64,000 nt of DNA from Alphaproteobacteria bacterium. Lineage in GTDB: Bacteria > Myxococcota_A > UBA796 > UBA2385. A model generated the notes under the pieces. That model searched no databases, was not told the DNA's origin, and saw only the letters and a program-made list of their open reading frames with translations. The translations under genes and the position numbers were made by a program. The stretch covers positions 136,492 through 200,491 of the forward strand of contig JACKEY010000006.1 of the NCBI GenBank assembly GCA_020632755.1. Reading direction: 5' to 3'. Of the stretch, positions 9,992 to 19,482 are shown piece after piece. The stretch's first letter is position 1; each line of letters begins with the position of its first letter.

Positions 9992-11268
9992 GACCGCTGC
10001 TGCTGGCGCTGGGCCTGTGCGCCCTGGCACCGCCGGCCCTGGCGGGCATCGACCGCGAGGACGTGCTCGACAACGCCGCCCTGTTCGCCACGCACCCCTG
10101 GACCATGGGCGCGGCCAACCAGACCGCGTCCTGCTCGGCGTCCTATGTGTCGGACTACAGCCCCGGCCAGAGCTACCGGGGCATCCCCTACGACTGGGGC
10201 GGGTGGGTCACCACCGACGAGTACGACGACGCCCTGGCCGCCGGCTACGGCGCGGGCAGCCACAGCTGGCACGGCGTGCTGTCCTGCACCGTGGGCGTCG
10301 ACTGCTCGGGCTTCGTCAGCCAGGCCTGGGAGACGTCCCAGAAGTACGGCACGGCGACCTTCCACCAGGTCACCCACGACATCTCGTCGGCCGACCTGCT
10401 GCGCGGCGACGCGCTCAACGACGCCGGCAGCCACATCGTGCTGTTCGCGTACCAGTCCGCGGCCGGCATCCCGATCCACTACGAAGCCAACGGCGCCCTG
10501 GTGTTCGTGGACAGCGACCAGGGCTGGTCGGCATTCTCGGGCTACACGCCGATCCGCTTCGACGAGATCGGCGACGACAGCGCGCGCGGCACGACCAGCA
10601 GCCCCCACGAGATCGACGCTTTCCCCTTCGAGGACCTGCGCTGGACGGCGGGTGCGCGCAGCGACAGCTTCGACCACTACAGCTGCGCGCCGGGCACCGA
10701 CGAGTCGGGCCCCGAGCAGCTGTACCGGTTCGAGGTGGCCACTGCGGGCACGCTGACCGTGCGGGTGTCCGACGACGACGGGGTGGACGTGGACATCCAC
10801 GTGCTGTCCGCGGCGGACCCCGACGCCTGCGTGGCCCGCGACGACCGCGAGCTGTCGGTGGACCTGACCCCCGGCACCTGGTGGATCGCCGCCGACACCT
10901 GGGTCGGGACCTACGAGTACCCCGGGCCCTACCTGCTGACGGCGACCTTCACGGGCTCGACCGGGGACGCCGGCGGGACCGGCGATGCCCCGGACACCGG
11001 GGTCGCGGCCGCCGACGACGGGGACACCGGCAGCGCCGCGGGCGATGCACCGGGTGGGGGCCAGGGCGGCGGCCCGGACGACCCGCCCTCGGCCGAAGGT
11101 GGCTCGGGGCGGACTCCGGGTGGACCGCGTCCCGGCGACCGGCAGGCCCTCGACGGCATGGGCGGCGGCTGCGACCTGGGCGGCAACCTGGCGTCGGGCG
11201 GTGTGCTGCTCCTGTTGCCGCTGCTGGCCCTGCGCATGCGGCGGGAGCGCCGCCGGGTGAAGGCCTGA
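9988..11268 (+). CDS. Cell-surface peptidase: NlpC/P60 (C40) domain + pre-peptidase C-terminal (PPC) domain + MYXO-CTERM sorting signal.
   Basis: Signal peptide MRPLLLALGLCALAPPALA. YDWGGW...GVDCSGFVSQAWE...SHIVLF gives the Cys-His NlpC/P60 core. The C-terminus GGGCDLGGNLASGGVLLLLPLLALRMRRERRRVKA is MYXO-CTERM. Confidence 0.75.
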   Translation: MRPLLLALGLCALAPPALAGIDREDVLDNAALFATHPWTMGAANQTASCSASYVSDYSPGQSYRGIPYDWGGWVTTDEYDDALAAGYGAGSHSWHGVLSCTVGVDCSGFVSQAWETSQKYGTATFHQVTHDISSADLLRGDALNDAGSHIVLFAYQSAAGIPIHYEANGALVFVDSDQGWSAFSGYTPIRFDEIGDDSARGTTSSPHEIDAFPFEDLRWTAGARSDSFDHYSCAPGTDESGPEQLYRFEVATAGTLTVRVSDDDGVDVDIHVLSAADPDACVARDDRELSVDLTPGTWWIAADTWVGTYEYPGPYLLTATFTGSTGDAGGTGDAPDTGVAAADDGDTGSAAGDAPGGGQGGGPDDPPSAEGGSGRTPGGPRPGDRQALDGMGGGCDLGGNLASGGVLLLLPLLALRMRRERRRVKA

Positions 11269-11306
11269 GCACGCGGCCGGCGCCGTCGCCGCAGTAGGCT
11301 GCCTCC

Positions 11307-12170
11307 ATGGCCCAGCACCTCCTCCTCGCCCTGTCCCTGCTCTCCCCGGCCCAGGCGGCCCCCACCTGGCCCGACGGCGCCGTGCTGCTGGTCGACACGA
11401 CACAGCTGCTCTACGACGAGCCGGCCACGACCGAGGCCGAACTGCTCGCCCGCGAGGGCATGGTCGGCATCGATCCGCGCTGGCCCCAGGCCCAGGGCGC
11501 CGCCGGCTACCTGGTGCTGGTCGCCGGCAAGCAGGTGGCCGAGCTGCCGTCGTCGGCGCGGACCTGGAGCGGCAAGGCGCGGGTCGGGCAGCAGGTGGCG
11601 GTGCTCGCGGTCGACGCCGCGGGCGAGGCTGCACCGGTGCTGAAGGCGCGGGTGCAGGGCTTTCCGGGGCTCTCGGCCGACGGGGGCTTCGGAGCGGGTG
11701 GGCTGTTCGGTGCCGACGGGGCGTCCACCAGCGACGAGGCCTTCGTCATCGGCTCGGCTTCGTCCTGGGGCGACGCGACCGACGGCGAGACGGCGGGGGG
11801 CATCGGCGGCCGGCCCGGGGCGCTCATGACCCGGCCGGGCGGCGGCCCTCCCAAGGGCGAGCGCGAGCCGCTGCCCGCGGTGCGCACGGATGCGCTGGAG
11901 GCGTCGCCAGCCCAGGAAGCCGCGGGGCTGCGCCGGCGGCTGACGGTGCTGCACAAGCAGCTGGCCTTCTGCCTGGCGAAGGACGGCGAGGCAGGCAGCG
12001 GCAGCCTGGTCGTGGGCTTCGAGGTGCGCGGCGATGGGACCGTGACCCGGGTGCAGGCCGAGGCGCCCGGCGTGCCGACCGGCGCGGTCGAGTGCGTCGA
12101 GGCACACATCGCGCGCCTTCGGCTGGCGGCCGAACATGCGGGCGCGGTGCGCTGGACCCTGGTCTGGTGA
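11307..12170 (+). CDS. Secreted hypothetical protein.
   Basis: Signal peptide MAQHLLLALSLLSPAQAAP. No family recognised. Confidence 0.5.
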   Translation: MAQHLLLALSLLSPAQAAPTWPDGAVLLVDTTQLLYDEPATTEAELLAREGMVGIDPRWPQAQGAAGYLVLVAGKQVAELPSSARTWSGKARVGQQVAVLAVDAAGEAAPVLKARVQGFPGLSADGGFGAGGLFGADGASTSDEAFVIGSASSWGDATDGETAGGIGGRPGALMTRPGGGPPKGEREPLPAVRTDALEASPAQEAAGLRRRLTVLHKQLAFCLAKDGEAGSGSLVVGFEVRGDGTVTRVQAEAPGVPTGAVECVEAHIARLRLAAEHAGAVRWTLVW

Positions 12171-12269
12171 TTTTCAGTTGACCCGCGGTCAGTTGGTGTG
12201 CAGTCAGGCCGGCGTTCCCCGGAACCGTCCGCTTCCTCCCCGCTCCTCCCTCCTCCCCCGGAATCGATC

Positions 12270-13184
12270 ATGTCCCTCGTCGGCCTCTTCAAGGGCAACG
12301 GCCCCAACGGCTTCGGCTACGACACCACCGCCGAGCAGGTCACCGAGGGGCTCGACCTCTCCGGCCAGACCATCCTCATCACCGGCTGCAACAGCGGCCT
12401 GGGGCTGGAGGCGATGCGCGTCCTGACCCTGCGGGGGGCGACGGTGCTCGGGCTGGCCCGTACCAAGGAGAAGGCCGCCGAGGCGGGCGCGACGGTGCCG
12501 GGCACGGTGGTGCCCTACGCCTGCGAGCTGTCCGAGCCCGAGAGCGTGCGGGCGGCCGTCCGGGCCATCCTGGACGACGGGCATCGCATCGACGCGATGA
12601 TCCTGAACGCCGGCATCATGGCGCTGCCCAAGCGCACCCTGAAGCACGGCCACGAGCTGCAGTTCCTGACCAACCACCTGGGCCACTTCATCCTGGCGAC
12701 GGGCCTGCTGGGCCAGCTGACGGAGAAGGGCCGGGTCGTCGTGCTGTCGAGCGCCGCCCACACCACCACGCCGCGGGGCGGCATCCGGTTCGACGACCTC
12801 AGCCTGGAGCAGGGCTACCAGGCGTGGACGTCCTATGGCCAGAGCAAGCTCGCGAACCTGCTGTTCGCCCGCGCGCTCAGCAAGCGCCTGCCGGCCGGCC
12901 AGGTCGCCAACGCCGTGCACCCCGGCGTCATCAACACGAACCTGGGCCGGCACATGCCGGGCTTCGCCATGGCCATCTTCGGCACCGCGGGCCGGCTGTT
13001 CCTGAAGACCACGCCCCAGGGCGCGGCGACCGAGGTCTGGGCCGCGGTGCACCCCGACATGGCCACGGTCAGCGGCGAGTACCTGGCCGACTGCAACATC
13101 GCCCGGTCGAGCGCGCATGGGCGCGACGACGCGCTGGCCGAGCGGCTGTGGACGGTGACCGAAGAGCTGGTGGCCGCGCTGTAG
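12270..13184 (+). CDS. Short-chain dehydrogenase/reductase (SDR) family oxidoreductase.
   Basis: TGCNSGLG Rossmann motif, NAG, and YxxxK (YGQSKLAN). The ATG at 12270 lies inside a longer shadow ORF. Confidence 0.85.
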   Translation: MSLVGLFKGNGPNGFGYDTTAEQVTEGLDLSGQTILITGCNSGLGLEAMRVLTLRGATVLGLARTKEKAAEAGATVPGTVVPYACELSEPESVRAAVRAILDDGHRIDAMILNAGIMALPKRTLKHGHELQFLTNHLGHFILATGLLGQLTEKGRVVVLSSAAHTTTPRGGIRFDDLSLEQGYQAWTSYGQSKLANLLFARALSKRLPAGQVANAVHPGVINTNLGRHMPGFAMAIFGTAGRLFLKTTPQGAATEVWAAVHPDMATVSGEYLADCNIARSSAHGRDDALAERLWTVTEELVAAL

Positions 13185-13187
13185 TGC

Positions 13188-14231
13188 TCAGAGGAACAGC
13201 GGCGCGTGGTGGGCGCGCCAGGTGTCGGCGCCGTCGGGCTCGAGGGCGACCGGCACGAAGAGCTGCAGCGCCCGCTCCTGGCCAGTGACCACGGCGACGT
13301 CGTGGGGCGCGTTGTGGTGCTGCAGGGCCTTGCCGGCGGCGAGGCGGCCGGCCACGAAGGCGCGGTGGTCGGACAGCCGGCGCGACACGAGGTCGGGTCC
13401 GGCTGCGGTGGCGGCGGCCAGCCGGGGACCGATGCGATCGACCAGGTCCGGGTCGAGGTCGACGCCGACGCTCGACCGGCCCGCCACCAGCGCCGCGGCC
13501 ATGGTCGTGCCCGTGCCGACGAAGGGGTCCAGCACCACGTCGCCCTGCAGGCTGTACATGTGGATGAGCCGCCAGGGCAGGGCGAAGGGGAAGGCCGCGC
13601 TGCGCTCTCGGCCGGCGCCTTCGAGCTGCTGCCCGACCCCCGGCAGCCCGCGCCACAGGTCGGAGAACCAGTCGTTGCGTTCTTCCCAGAAGAAGGCGCT
13701 GCGGCGGCGGCGCTCGGCGTCGGCCCGGGAGAAGGCCCGCTTGTCGCCCTTGCGCAGGATCAGCACGTACTCGTGCTCGTAGGTCACGTAGGCGCCGCCC
13801 GGGAGCATGCCGGAGCCCATGAACTTGGTCGGGCTGTTGGTCGGCTTGTGCCACAGCAGGTCGGGCAGCACGGAGAAGCCCGCGGCCATGGCGCCCTGCA
13901 GGATGCGGGCGTGGTTGGGCCACAGGGCGAAGCGACCGCCGATCGTCCGCGTGGCGTCCCCGATGTTCAGGCACAAGAGCCCGCCGTCGCACAGGACGCG
14001 ATGGCAGGCCGCCCACACGTCGTCGAGGGCGGCGTGCATCGCCGCGAAGGCCGCGGCGCCGTCGTCCTGCGCCAGGGCGGCCGCGCTGTCGGGCGCCATG
14101 GCGGCGAAGGCCGCGTCCCACATGGCGATCATCGGGTAGGGCGGCGACGTCACCACCAGCTGCACGCTGCCGTCGGGCAGGGCGGACAGATCCCGGGCGT
14201 CGCCCCGCAGGGCCCGGTGGAGCGTCCGCAT
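13188..14231 (-). CDS. Beta-class amino DNA methyltransferase (N4-cytosine or N6-adenine; PF01555-like). Orphan: no endonuclease nearby.
   Basis: Motif IV SPPY (DGSVQLVVTSPPYPM) precedes motif I FxGxG (DPFVGTGTTMAAA), which is the beta-class order. The ATG at 14229-14231 overlaps the stop of the upstream patatin gene (ATGA). The ORF track merges this into an 815-aa shadow ORF. Confidence 0.8.
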   Translation of the reverse strand: MRTLHRALRGDARDLSALPDGSVQLVVTSPPYPMIAMWDAAFAAMAPDSAAALAQDDGAAAFAAMHAALDDVWAACHRVLCDGGLLCLNIGDATRTIGGRFALWPNHARILQGAMAAGFSVLPDLLWHKPTNSPTKFMGSGMLPGGAYVTYEHEYVLILRKGDKRAFSRADAERRRRSAFFWEERNDWFSDLWRGLPGVGQQLEGAGRERSAAFPFALPWRLIHMYSLQGDVVLDPFVGTGTTMAAALVAGRSSVGVDLDPDLVDRIGPRLAAATAAGPDLVSRRLSDHRAFVAGRLAAGKALQHHNAPHDVAVVTGQERALQLFVPVALEPDGADTWRAHHAPLFL

Positions 14232-15706
14232 CAGGGGGGGCCCAGGGCGGCCACGCACTCGCGCAGGGTCCGGCCGATCCGCGTCTGGTCGCGGATCGCC
14301 GACAGCTTGGGCCAGGTCGCGCGCTGGCCTTCCAGGATGAAGGTGGCCAGGTCCTCGCGCGAGGGGTTCACCACCATCCGGGCCAGCAGCTCGGGCCGGA
14401 AGCGCGGGTGGATGTCGATGTCGCCGCGGTATTCCTGGGTGATGAGCGCGTGGGCCCGGTCGGCGAGCTGGCCGACGGGGCCACGGCCGCCGCGGGTCAC
14501 CCGGCGGGCCAGGTCGGCGGCGAAGGCGCCCTGGGTGCGGGCGGTGCCCGACGCGATGCCGGCGACGGCTGGCACCAGGCCGCGGCGTCCGTGGTGGCGG
14601 ACCAGCGGCATGGCGTGGGGGTTGGTCTGGCTGACGATGAAGTGGTTGACGTTGTGCAGGCGGGCGAGGCGCAGCTTGGGCAGGTCTTCGTAGAGGCTGC
14701 CGTCGACCCAGCGCTCGCTCTCGACGTAGGGGACGATCTCGCCGTCGCGGGTGCGGCGCTGCAGCACGACGGGCGGGAACAGGCCGGGCAGGGCCGAGCT
14801 GGCCAGCGCCGCGCTGGCGATGAGCACGTCGGGGGCGGTGAGGTGGTTGAGCAGCCGCGGCTTCTGGCGGGTCCGGGTCGGGCTGACCGGGATGTTGAGG
14901 GCGCGGCCGGAGTGGGCCCGGGCTTCGGCGAAGGTGGACAGGCCGACGTTGTGCCGCAGCACGTCGTAGAGGGCCTGGGGCTCGAGGAGGGCGCCGCGTT
15001 CGAGGGCCAGGCGCGGCCCCACGGGCTGCAGGCCGTCGAGGCGGATCCGGTCGGTGTCGGCGAACATCTCGGCCAGCTCGGCGTCGTTGCGGGCGCAGAC
15101 CCCTGCGGCCACCATCGCGCCGGTGCTGGCGCCGGACAGGATGTCGGGGAGCAGATCGGCGTCGAACAGGGCCTTGACCACCCCCAGGTGGTGGAAGCCC
15201 CAGGTGGCGCCGCCGGACAGCATCAGCGCGCTGCGCCCGTAGACCCGCTCGGCCCGCTGGAAGCGCTCCAGCCGGGCGGCGCGGGGCACGCCCGGGATCT
15301 CGTGGCGGGCCAGCCAGCGCAGGCTGGCCTCGACCTGCTCGATCCACCGCAGCACCAGGTGCTTGGTGCCGGACAGGGCCACCGCGTACAGCTCGGGGGC
15401 CGAGATGTCCTGCTGGTGGCGGTAGACGGTCTCGGTCAGCTTCTCGGCCAGGGTGAGTCCGTCGCCGGCGTCGCGCAGGGCCTGCAGCTGGGCGAGCTCC
15501 TGGCGCAGCAGGGCCGCGTCGTAGTGGGGGCTGTCGTCGTCGGCCCGCCACTGGTCGGCGCCGGTGCGCAGGTCGACCTCGGCGGCGGCGGCCTTCCATT
15601 CTGCCCGGGAGGTGGCCTGTTCCAGCGCCACCCATGCGTCGCGCAGGGCGCGGGCGTCGCGGGTGAACCGCCGCGGCGGCGACAGGGACTGGCGGTCTCG
15701 CTCCAT
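14231..15706 (-). CDS. Patatin-like phospholipase with an N-terminal DUF3336-type domain (TGL/SDP1-like lipase family).
   Basis: LMLSGGATWGFHHLG oxyanion/GGxxG region and GASTG nucleophile elbow (GxSxG). The long N-terminal region resembles DUF3336. Translationally coupled to the downstream methyltransferase. Confidence 0.8.
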   Translation of the reverse strand: MERDRQSLSPPRRFTRDARALRDAWVALEQATSRAEWKAAAAEVDLRTGADQWRADDDSPHYDAALLRQELAQLQALRDAGDGLTLAEKLTETVYRHQQDISAPELYAVALSGTKHLVLRWIEQVEASLRWLARHEIPGVPRAARLERFQRAERVYGRSALMLSGGATWGFHHLGVVKALFDADLLPDILSGASTGAMVAAGVCARNDAELAEMFADTDRIRLDGLQPVGPRLALERGALLEPQALYDVLRHNVGLSTFAEARAHSGRALNIPVSPTRTRQKPRLLNHLTAPDVLIASAALASSALPGLFPPVVLQRRTRDGEIVPYVESERWVDGSLYEDLPKLRLARLHNVNHFIVSQTNPHAMPLVRHHGRRGLVPAVAGIASGTARTQGAFAADLARRVTRGGRGPVGQLADRAHALITQEYRGDIDIHPRFRPELLARMVVNPSREDLATFILEGQRATWPKLSAIRDQTRIGRTLRECVAALGPP

Positions 15707-15769
15707 GGCGCTGTCCTAATGCCCCGGTCCGGGCCCGGCGCGCGCGCCCCGGCTGCGGTAAGCGGACGC

Positions 15770-16507
15770 ATGTCCGACGAGCGCCTCTACGACGACCTGG
15801 CCGCGTGGTGGCCCCTGCTCAGCCCGCCCGAGCACTACGCCGCCGAAGCCCGCGCCTTCCTCACCATCCTGGCGCACGCCCGCGGCCAGGACATCGGCTC
15901 GCTGCTGGAGCTCGGCAGCGGCGGGGGGCACCTGGCGTCCTGCATGCCGGGCGCCCTCGACCTGGTGCTGGTCGACCGGGCGCCGGCCATGCTCGCCGCC
16001 AGCCGGGCGCTCAACCCGGACCGCACCCACGTCGAAGCCGACATGGCCGTCCTGGACCTGGGTCGCACCTTCGACGCGGTGCTGCTGCACGACGCCGTGA
16101 TGTACCTGACCGCACCCGGCGCCCTGGACGCCGCCTGCGCCACCGCGGCGCGGCACCTCGTGCCCGGCGGCGCCTTCCTGGTGCTGCCCGACCTGGTGGC
16201 CGACAGCTTCGAGGAGAGCACGGTGTCCGGCGGCACCGACGCTCCCGATGGCCGTGGCGCCCGGCTGCTGGAGTGGCGCTGGGACCCCGACCCGACCGAC
16301 GGCCGGTTCCGCGTCGACATGAACTTCCTGCTGCGCGAGGCGGACGGCACCGTGCGCGCGGTACACGACGTGCACGAGATGGCCCTGTTCGAGCGCAACG
16401 ACCTGTGGCGCGCCATCCGCGCCGCCGGGCTGCAGCCGGTCGAGGCCCCGGTGCGCATCGCCGCCGCGCTGGGCAGCGAGGTCTTCCTGGCCCGCAAGCC
16501 GGCCTGA
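15770..16507 (+). CDS. Class I SAM-dependent methyltransferase.
   Basis: LLELGSGGGHL motif I. ATG at 15770. Divergent from the patatin gene. Confidence 0.7.
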   Translation: MSDERLYDDLAAWWPLLSPPEHYAAEARAFLTILAHARGQDIGSLLELGSGGGHLASCMPGALDLVLVDRAPAMLAASRALNPDRTHVEADMAVLDLGRTFDAVLLHDAVMYLTAPGALDAACATAARHLVPGGAFLVLPDLVADSFEESTVSGGTDAPDGRGARLLEWRWDPDPTDGRFRVDMNFLLREADGTVRAVHDVHEMALFERNDLWRAIRAAGLQPVEAPVRIAAALGSEVFLARKPA

Positions 16508-16533
16508 GCGGGCGCGTCGGTCCCTCGACCCGC

Positions 16534-17082
16534 CTACTCCTCGGCGGGCTCGTGGTGCGGTCCCTCGCCCGCGGGGAAGGGCCGGGTGTCGTCGACCCAG
16601 CCCGCGCCGGCGTCGGGGAAGGCGTCGGCGTAGGGCACGTAGGGCTTGATGTCCAGGACGGGCGTGCCGTCGAGCAGGTCGTGCTCCTCGATGAGCAGCA
16701 CCTGGCCTTCGACGCCGACGATGCGCACGCAGGTCAGGCCGATCGGGTTCGGACGGTGCGGCGCCCGGGTGGCCAGCAGGCTGCGGGAGGGACCGCCGCG
16801 GGGCGGGGTGACGCGCGCCTTGCGGGTGCGGCGGTTGAGGTGCAGCCAGGTGATGAGCCAGGCCCGCTCGAAGCCGACGAGGTCGGCGATGGCGTCGGCG
16901 GGGATGCCGGGCAGCAGCTCGACCCGCCCGGGCGAGGCGCCGGTGACGTCGGGCCCGACCCCCTGGCGGGGCGTGCCGAACCGCTCCTTGAAGGGCGACC
17001 GCACGACGGCGATGGGCTGCATCAGGACCTGGTCGGGGGCGTCGACCACGTCGGTGTAGGCCTTGGGCTGCTTGCGGGGCAT
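16534..17082 (-). CDS. tsaA: tRNA (N6-threonylcarbamoyladenosine(37)-N6)-methyltransferase TsaA (YaeB family).
   Basis: 182 aa with LDGTPVLDIKPY and RPNPIGLT motifs. ATG at 17082 was verified arithmetically within the ORF. Confidence 0.8.
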   Translation of the reverse strand: MPRKQPKAYTDVVDAPDQVLMQPIAVVRSPFKERFGTPRQGVGPDVTGASPGRVELLPGIPADAIADLVGFERAWLITWLHLNRRTRKARVTPPRGGPSRSLLATRAPHRPNPIGLTCVRIVGVEGQVLLIEEHDLLDGTPVLDIKPYVPYADAFPDAGAGWVDDTRPFPAGEGPHHEPAEE

Positions 17083-17110
17083 GGGCGGTCCGGTGGAGCG
17101 GACGGAGGGC

Positions 17111-17683
17111 CTATCCGCCCCAGCCCGGGACCCGCACGACCGTGCCGTGCACGACCCGGAACACCCGCAGGTGGGGCAGGGGCCGGTCCAGCGAAGGGTC
17201 GATGGCCCCCGGGTGGTCGTCCCAGCGCACCGCGAGCATGGCGCCGTCGGGCACGCCCCAGCCCTCGAGGAAACAGCGCGCGGCTTCGTCGGGGGAGCCG
17301 GCGAGCACCACGTCCAGGTCGTCGCCGCCGTCGCTGCGGCCGACTTCATAGGCCAGCATGCGGTTGTCGGGGGGAGGGGGCTCGCGGCGAGGAGGGGCCG
17401 TCTGCCGCGGCTGCGCGGTGGTGCGCTGCCACCGAAGGCAGACGCCGGGCTGGATCTCGACCCGGACGCGGGCCCCGTCGTGGAACCGCTCGACGATGGT
17501 GCTGGCGGTCCGGTGCGGCCACTGCCGGGCCGCCGCCTCGGCGATGATCTGGCTGCCACCTGCGTGATCGACGATCAGCTCGACGCCGTCCCCGTTCCAC
17601 ACCCGCGCGCCGGTGCAGGACAGTCCCGCGGCCTGGAGGCGCGCCAGCACCTCGGCCATGCCCCGTGGGGAAACCATGCTCAT
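17111..17683 (-). CDS. Hypothetical protein.
   Basis: ORF with an internal Met start (MSMVSPRG...). No confident family. Confidence 0.35.
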   Translation of the reverse strand: MSMVSPRGMAEVLARLQAAGLSCTGARVWNGDGVELIVDHAGGSQIIAEAAARQWPHRTASTIVERFHDGARVRVEIQPGVCLRWQRTTAQPRQTAPPRREPPPPDNRMLAYEVGRSDGGDDLDVVLAGSPDEAARCFLEGWGVPDGAMLAVRWDDHPGAIDPSLDRPLPHLRVFRVVHGTVVRVPGWGG

Positions 17684-18119
17684 CGGGTCGGAGGATACCG
17701 CCTGCGACAGCGTGCTGCAGCAGGTCGGGCCCACAGGTGGACACCGCCCGCGCTACGTTGCCGCCGTGCTCCTCCTCCTGCTGACCCTCGCTTGCGGCGA
17801 GCCCGCGTCCGACACGGGCGCCGGCGGCATCGACTCTGCCGGTTCGACCAGCGAGATCTGCCAGGATGCGCCCCAGGTCAGCTGGGCGGGCTGGGCCGAC
17901 GGCTTCTTCCAGGGCTACTGCCGCAGCTGCCACTCCTCGACGACCCCGGATCGCCGCGGAGCGCCCGAAGGTGTCGACTTCGACACCCTCGACCAGGTGC
18001 GTGAGCAGGCCGACCTCGTCCGCTGGTCCGTCATCGAAGAGGGCCGCATGCCCGTCGGCGGCGGCGTCTACGAAGACGATCTGTACCTGCTCGAGGTCTT
18101 CCTGGACTGCACGCTCTGA
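17676..18119 (+). CDS. Small lipoprotein with a CxxCH haem-binding-like motif (PSCyt1-like, planctomycete-type cytochrome c-like domain).
   Basis: Lipobox LLLLTLACG. FQGYCRSCHSS... is followed by a conserved RMPVGGG-type tail. Start chosen at Met22 of the ORF and is uncertain. Confidence 0.5.
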   Translation: MLIGSEDTACDSVLQQVGPTGGHRPRYVAAVLLLLLTLACGEPASDTGAGGIDSAGSTSEICQDAPQVSWAGWADGFFQGYCRSCHSSTTPDRRGAPEGVDFDTLDQVREQADLVRWSVIEEGRMPVGGGVYEDDLYLLEVFLDCTL

Positions 18120-18153
18120 TCGCGGGGCGCGCTGACCTGCCGGCCGGCGAGCG

Positions 18154-19470
18154 CTAGGCGTCCAGGATCGCGCTGATCGGCTGCTCGCCGCGCGTGAGCA
18201 GCGCGTCGGGGTCCAGCCCGGCCAGGGCGTAGAGCGTGGCGCCGATGTGGCCGGGCAGCAGCCCGACGCCGCTGTCGGTGACATCTCCGCTGGCCAGGTC
18301 GACCGGCTGGCCGCGGAAGTCGCTGTCCATGGCGCCGACCACACGGCCGCCGCGGATGCCCGAGCCCAGGAACATGGCCGACGTGAAGGTCCAGTGGTCC
18401 CGACCGCCGCCGCTGTTCTGCTGGGGGGTACGGCCCATCTCGGACAGCAGCACGACGGTGACTTCTTCGGCCAGCGGGCGGCCGGTGTGCGAGGTGCGGG
18501 TCTCGAGGTCGGCCATGACCCCGTTGAGCGCGTCGAACAGCAGCTCGAAGTGCTCGGACTGCTTGAAGTTCTGGGAGTGCGTGTCGAAGCCCATGCTGCA
18601 CCAGCCATCGAACTGGACCATGGCGCAGCGCGTCAGGCCGAGCTCGAAGCAGTCCAGGGCGGCCTTGCAGTCGGCGGCGGTGTTCCGGGCGCAGCCGCCG
18701 GACTCGGGGTCCAGGTCGAGCTCGCTGGACCGGGCGTAGACGCCGTCGAGGATGTCGAGGGCGCGGGCGTAGCCGGCCGCGAAGCCCGCGGTCCGGGGGT
18801 CGCGGGAGGCGGCCTGGGCGTCGAGCAGGCGCTGCTGGACGTAGGCGTCGGCCAGCGCGTCGCCGTCGGTCGTGATGCGGTCGATGGGGATGCCGGCGTC
18901 CGACAGGGCCCGGGCGTCGAGCAGGGCCGGGAACTGGCCGTTGCTGCCGACCCGCACGACGCTGCTGGTGTACTCCGACGTGAAGGCCCGACCGTAGATG
19001 ACCAGGTGGGGCAGCTCGAGAGGCGTCGGGGACAGGGCGGCGATGGTGCTGGGGAAGTCGTCGGCTTCGGTCGACGACCCGCCGGTCAGCACGATGAGCC
19101 GGCAGCGCTCGTGGGCGATCGACCGGACCTCGAGCCCGTTGACGAAGGCGGTCTGGTCGCCGTAGGTGTCCATGAAGGTGTTGACGGACGGGCGCTCGGC
19201 GTGGGCCACATAGGTCAGGTCGCCGACGGTGACGGGCTCGGCGTCGGCTTCCATGTCGACGTTGGCGTTGTCGAACTCGGGGGTGAACAGAACGGTCGTG
19301 TCCCAGCCGCCGTCGCAGAAGATGAACAGGAACTTGCGGTCTTCGGGCGACACGCTGGTCCCGGCGCGGGCGGGTCGGCTTCCGAGCAGCGACGGAGCGG
19401 CGAGGGAGGCTGCGCCCAGTCCGGCGGCCCGGGACAGGAAGGTGCGGCGGTCGAGGGTGCGGGAGGACAT
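18154..19470 (-). CDS. DUF1501 family protein (sulfatase-like fold), Tat-secreted.
   Basis: Twin-arginine signal (RRTFLSRAAGLGAASLAAPS). The C-terminal GGGRDHW motif is typical of DUF1501. Confidence 0.8.
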   Translation of the reverse strand: MSSRTLDRRTFLSRAAGLGAASLAAPSLLGSRPARAGTSVSPEDRKFLFIFCDGGWDTTVLFTPEFDNANVDMEADAEPVTVGDLTYVAHAERPSVNTFMDTYGDQTAFVNGLEVRSIAHERCRLIVLTGGSSTEADDFPSTIAALSPTPLELPHLVIYGRAFTSEYTSSVVRVGSNGQFPALLDARALSDAGIPIDRITTDGDALADAYVQQRLLDAQAASRDPRTAGFAAGYARALDILDGVYARSSELDLDPESGGCARNTAADCKAALDCFELGLTRCAMVQFDGWCSMGFDTHSQNFKQSEHFELLFDALNGVMADLETRTSHTGRPLAEEVTVVLLSEMGRTPQQNSGGGRDHWTFTSAMFLGSGIRGGRVVGAMDSDFRGQPVDLASGDVTDSGVGLLPGHIGATLYALAGLDPDALLTRGEQPISAILDA

Positions 19471-19482
19471 GCGGGCCGGCCT

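Noticed and set aside
13188-15635. Single 815-aa ORF fusing the methyltransferase and patatin regions.
   Set aside because: The N-terminal 470 aa are an Arg/Pro-rich out-of-frame shadow of the patatin gene. A real ATG with family-consistent N-terminus (MRTLHRALRGDARDL...SPPY) is at 14231, and the patatin gene is in a different frame ending at the same point.
16534-17559. 341-aa ORF for TsaA.
   Set aside because: The TsaA family is about 180 aa. An ATG at 17082 gives a full-length family-typical protein. The N-terminal extension is a Pro/Ser/Arg-rich shadow.
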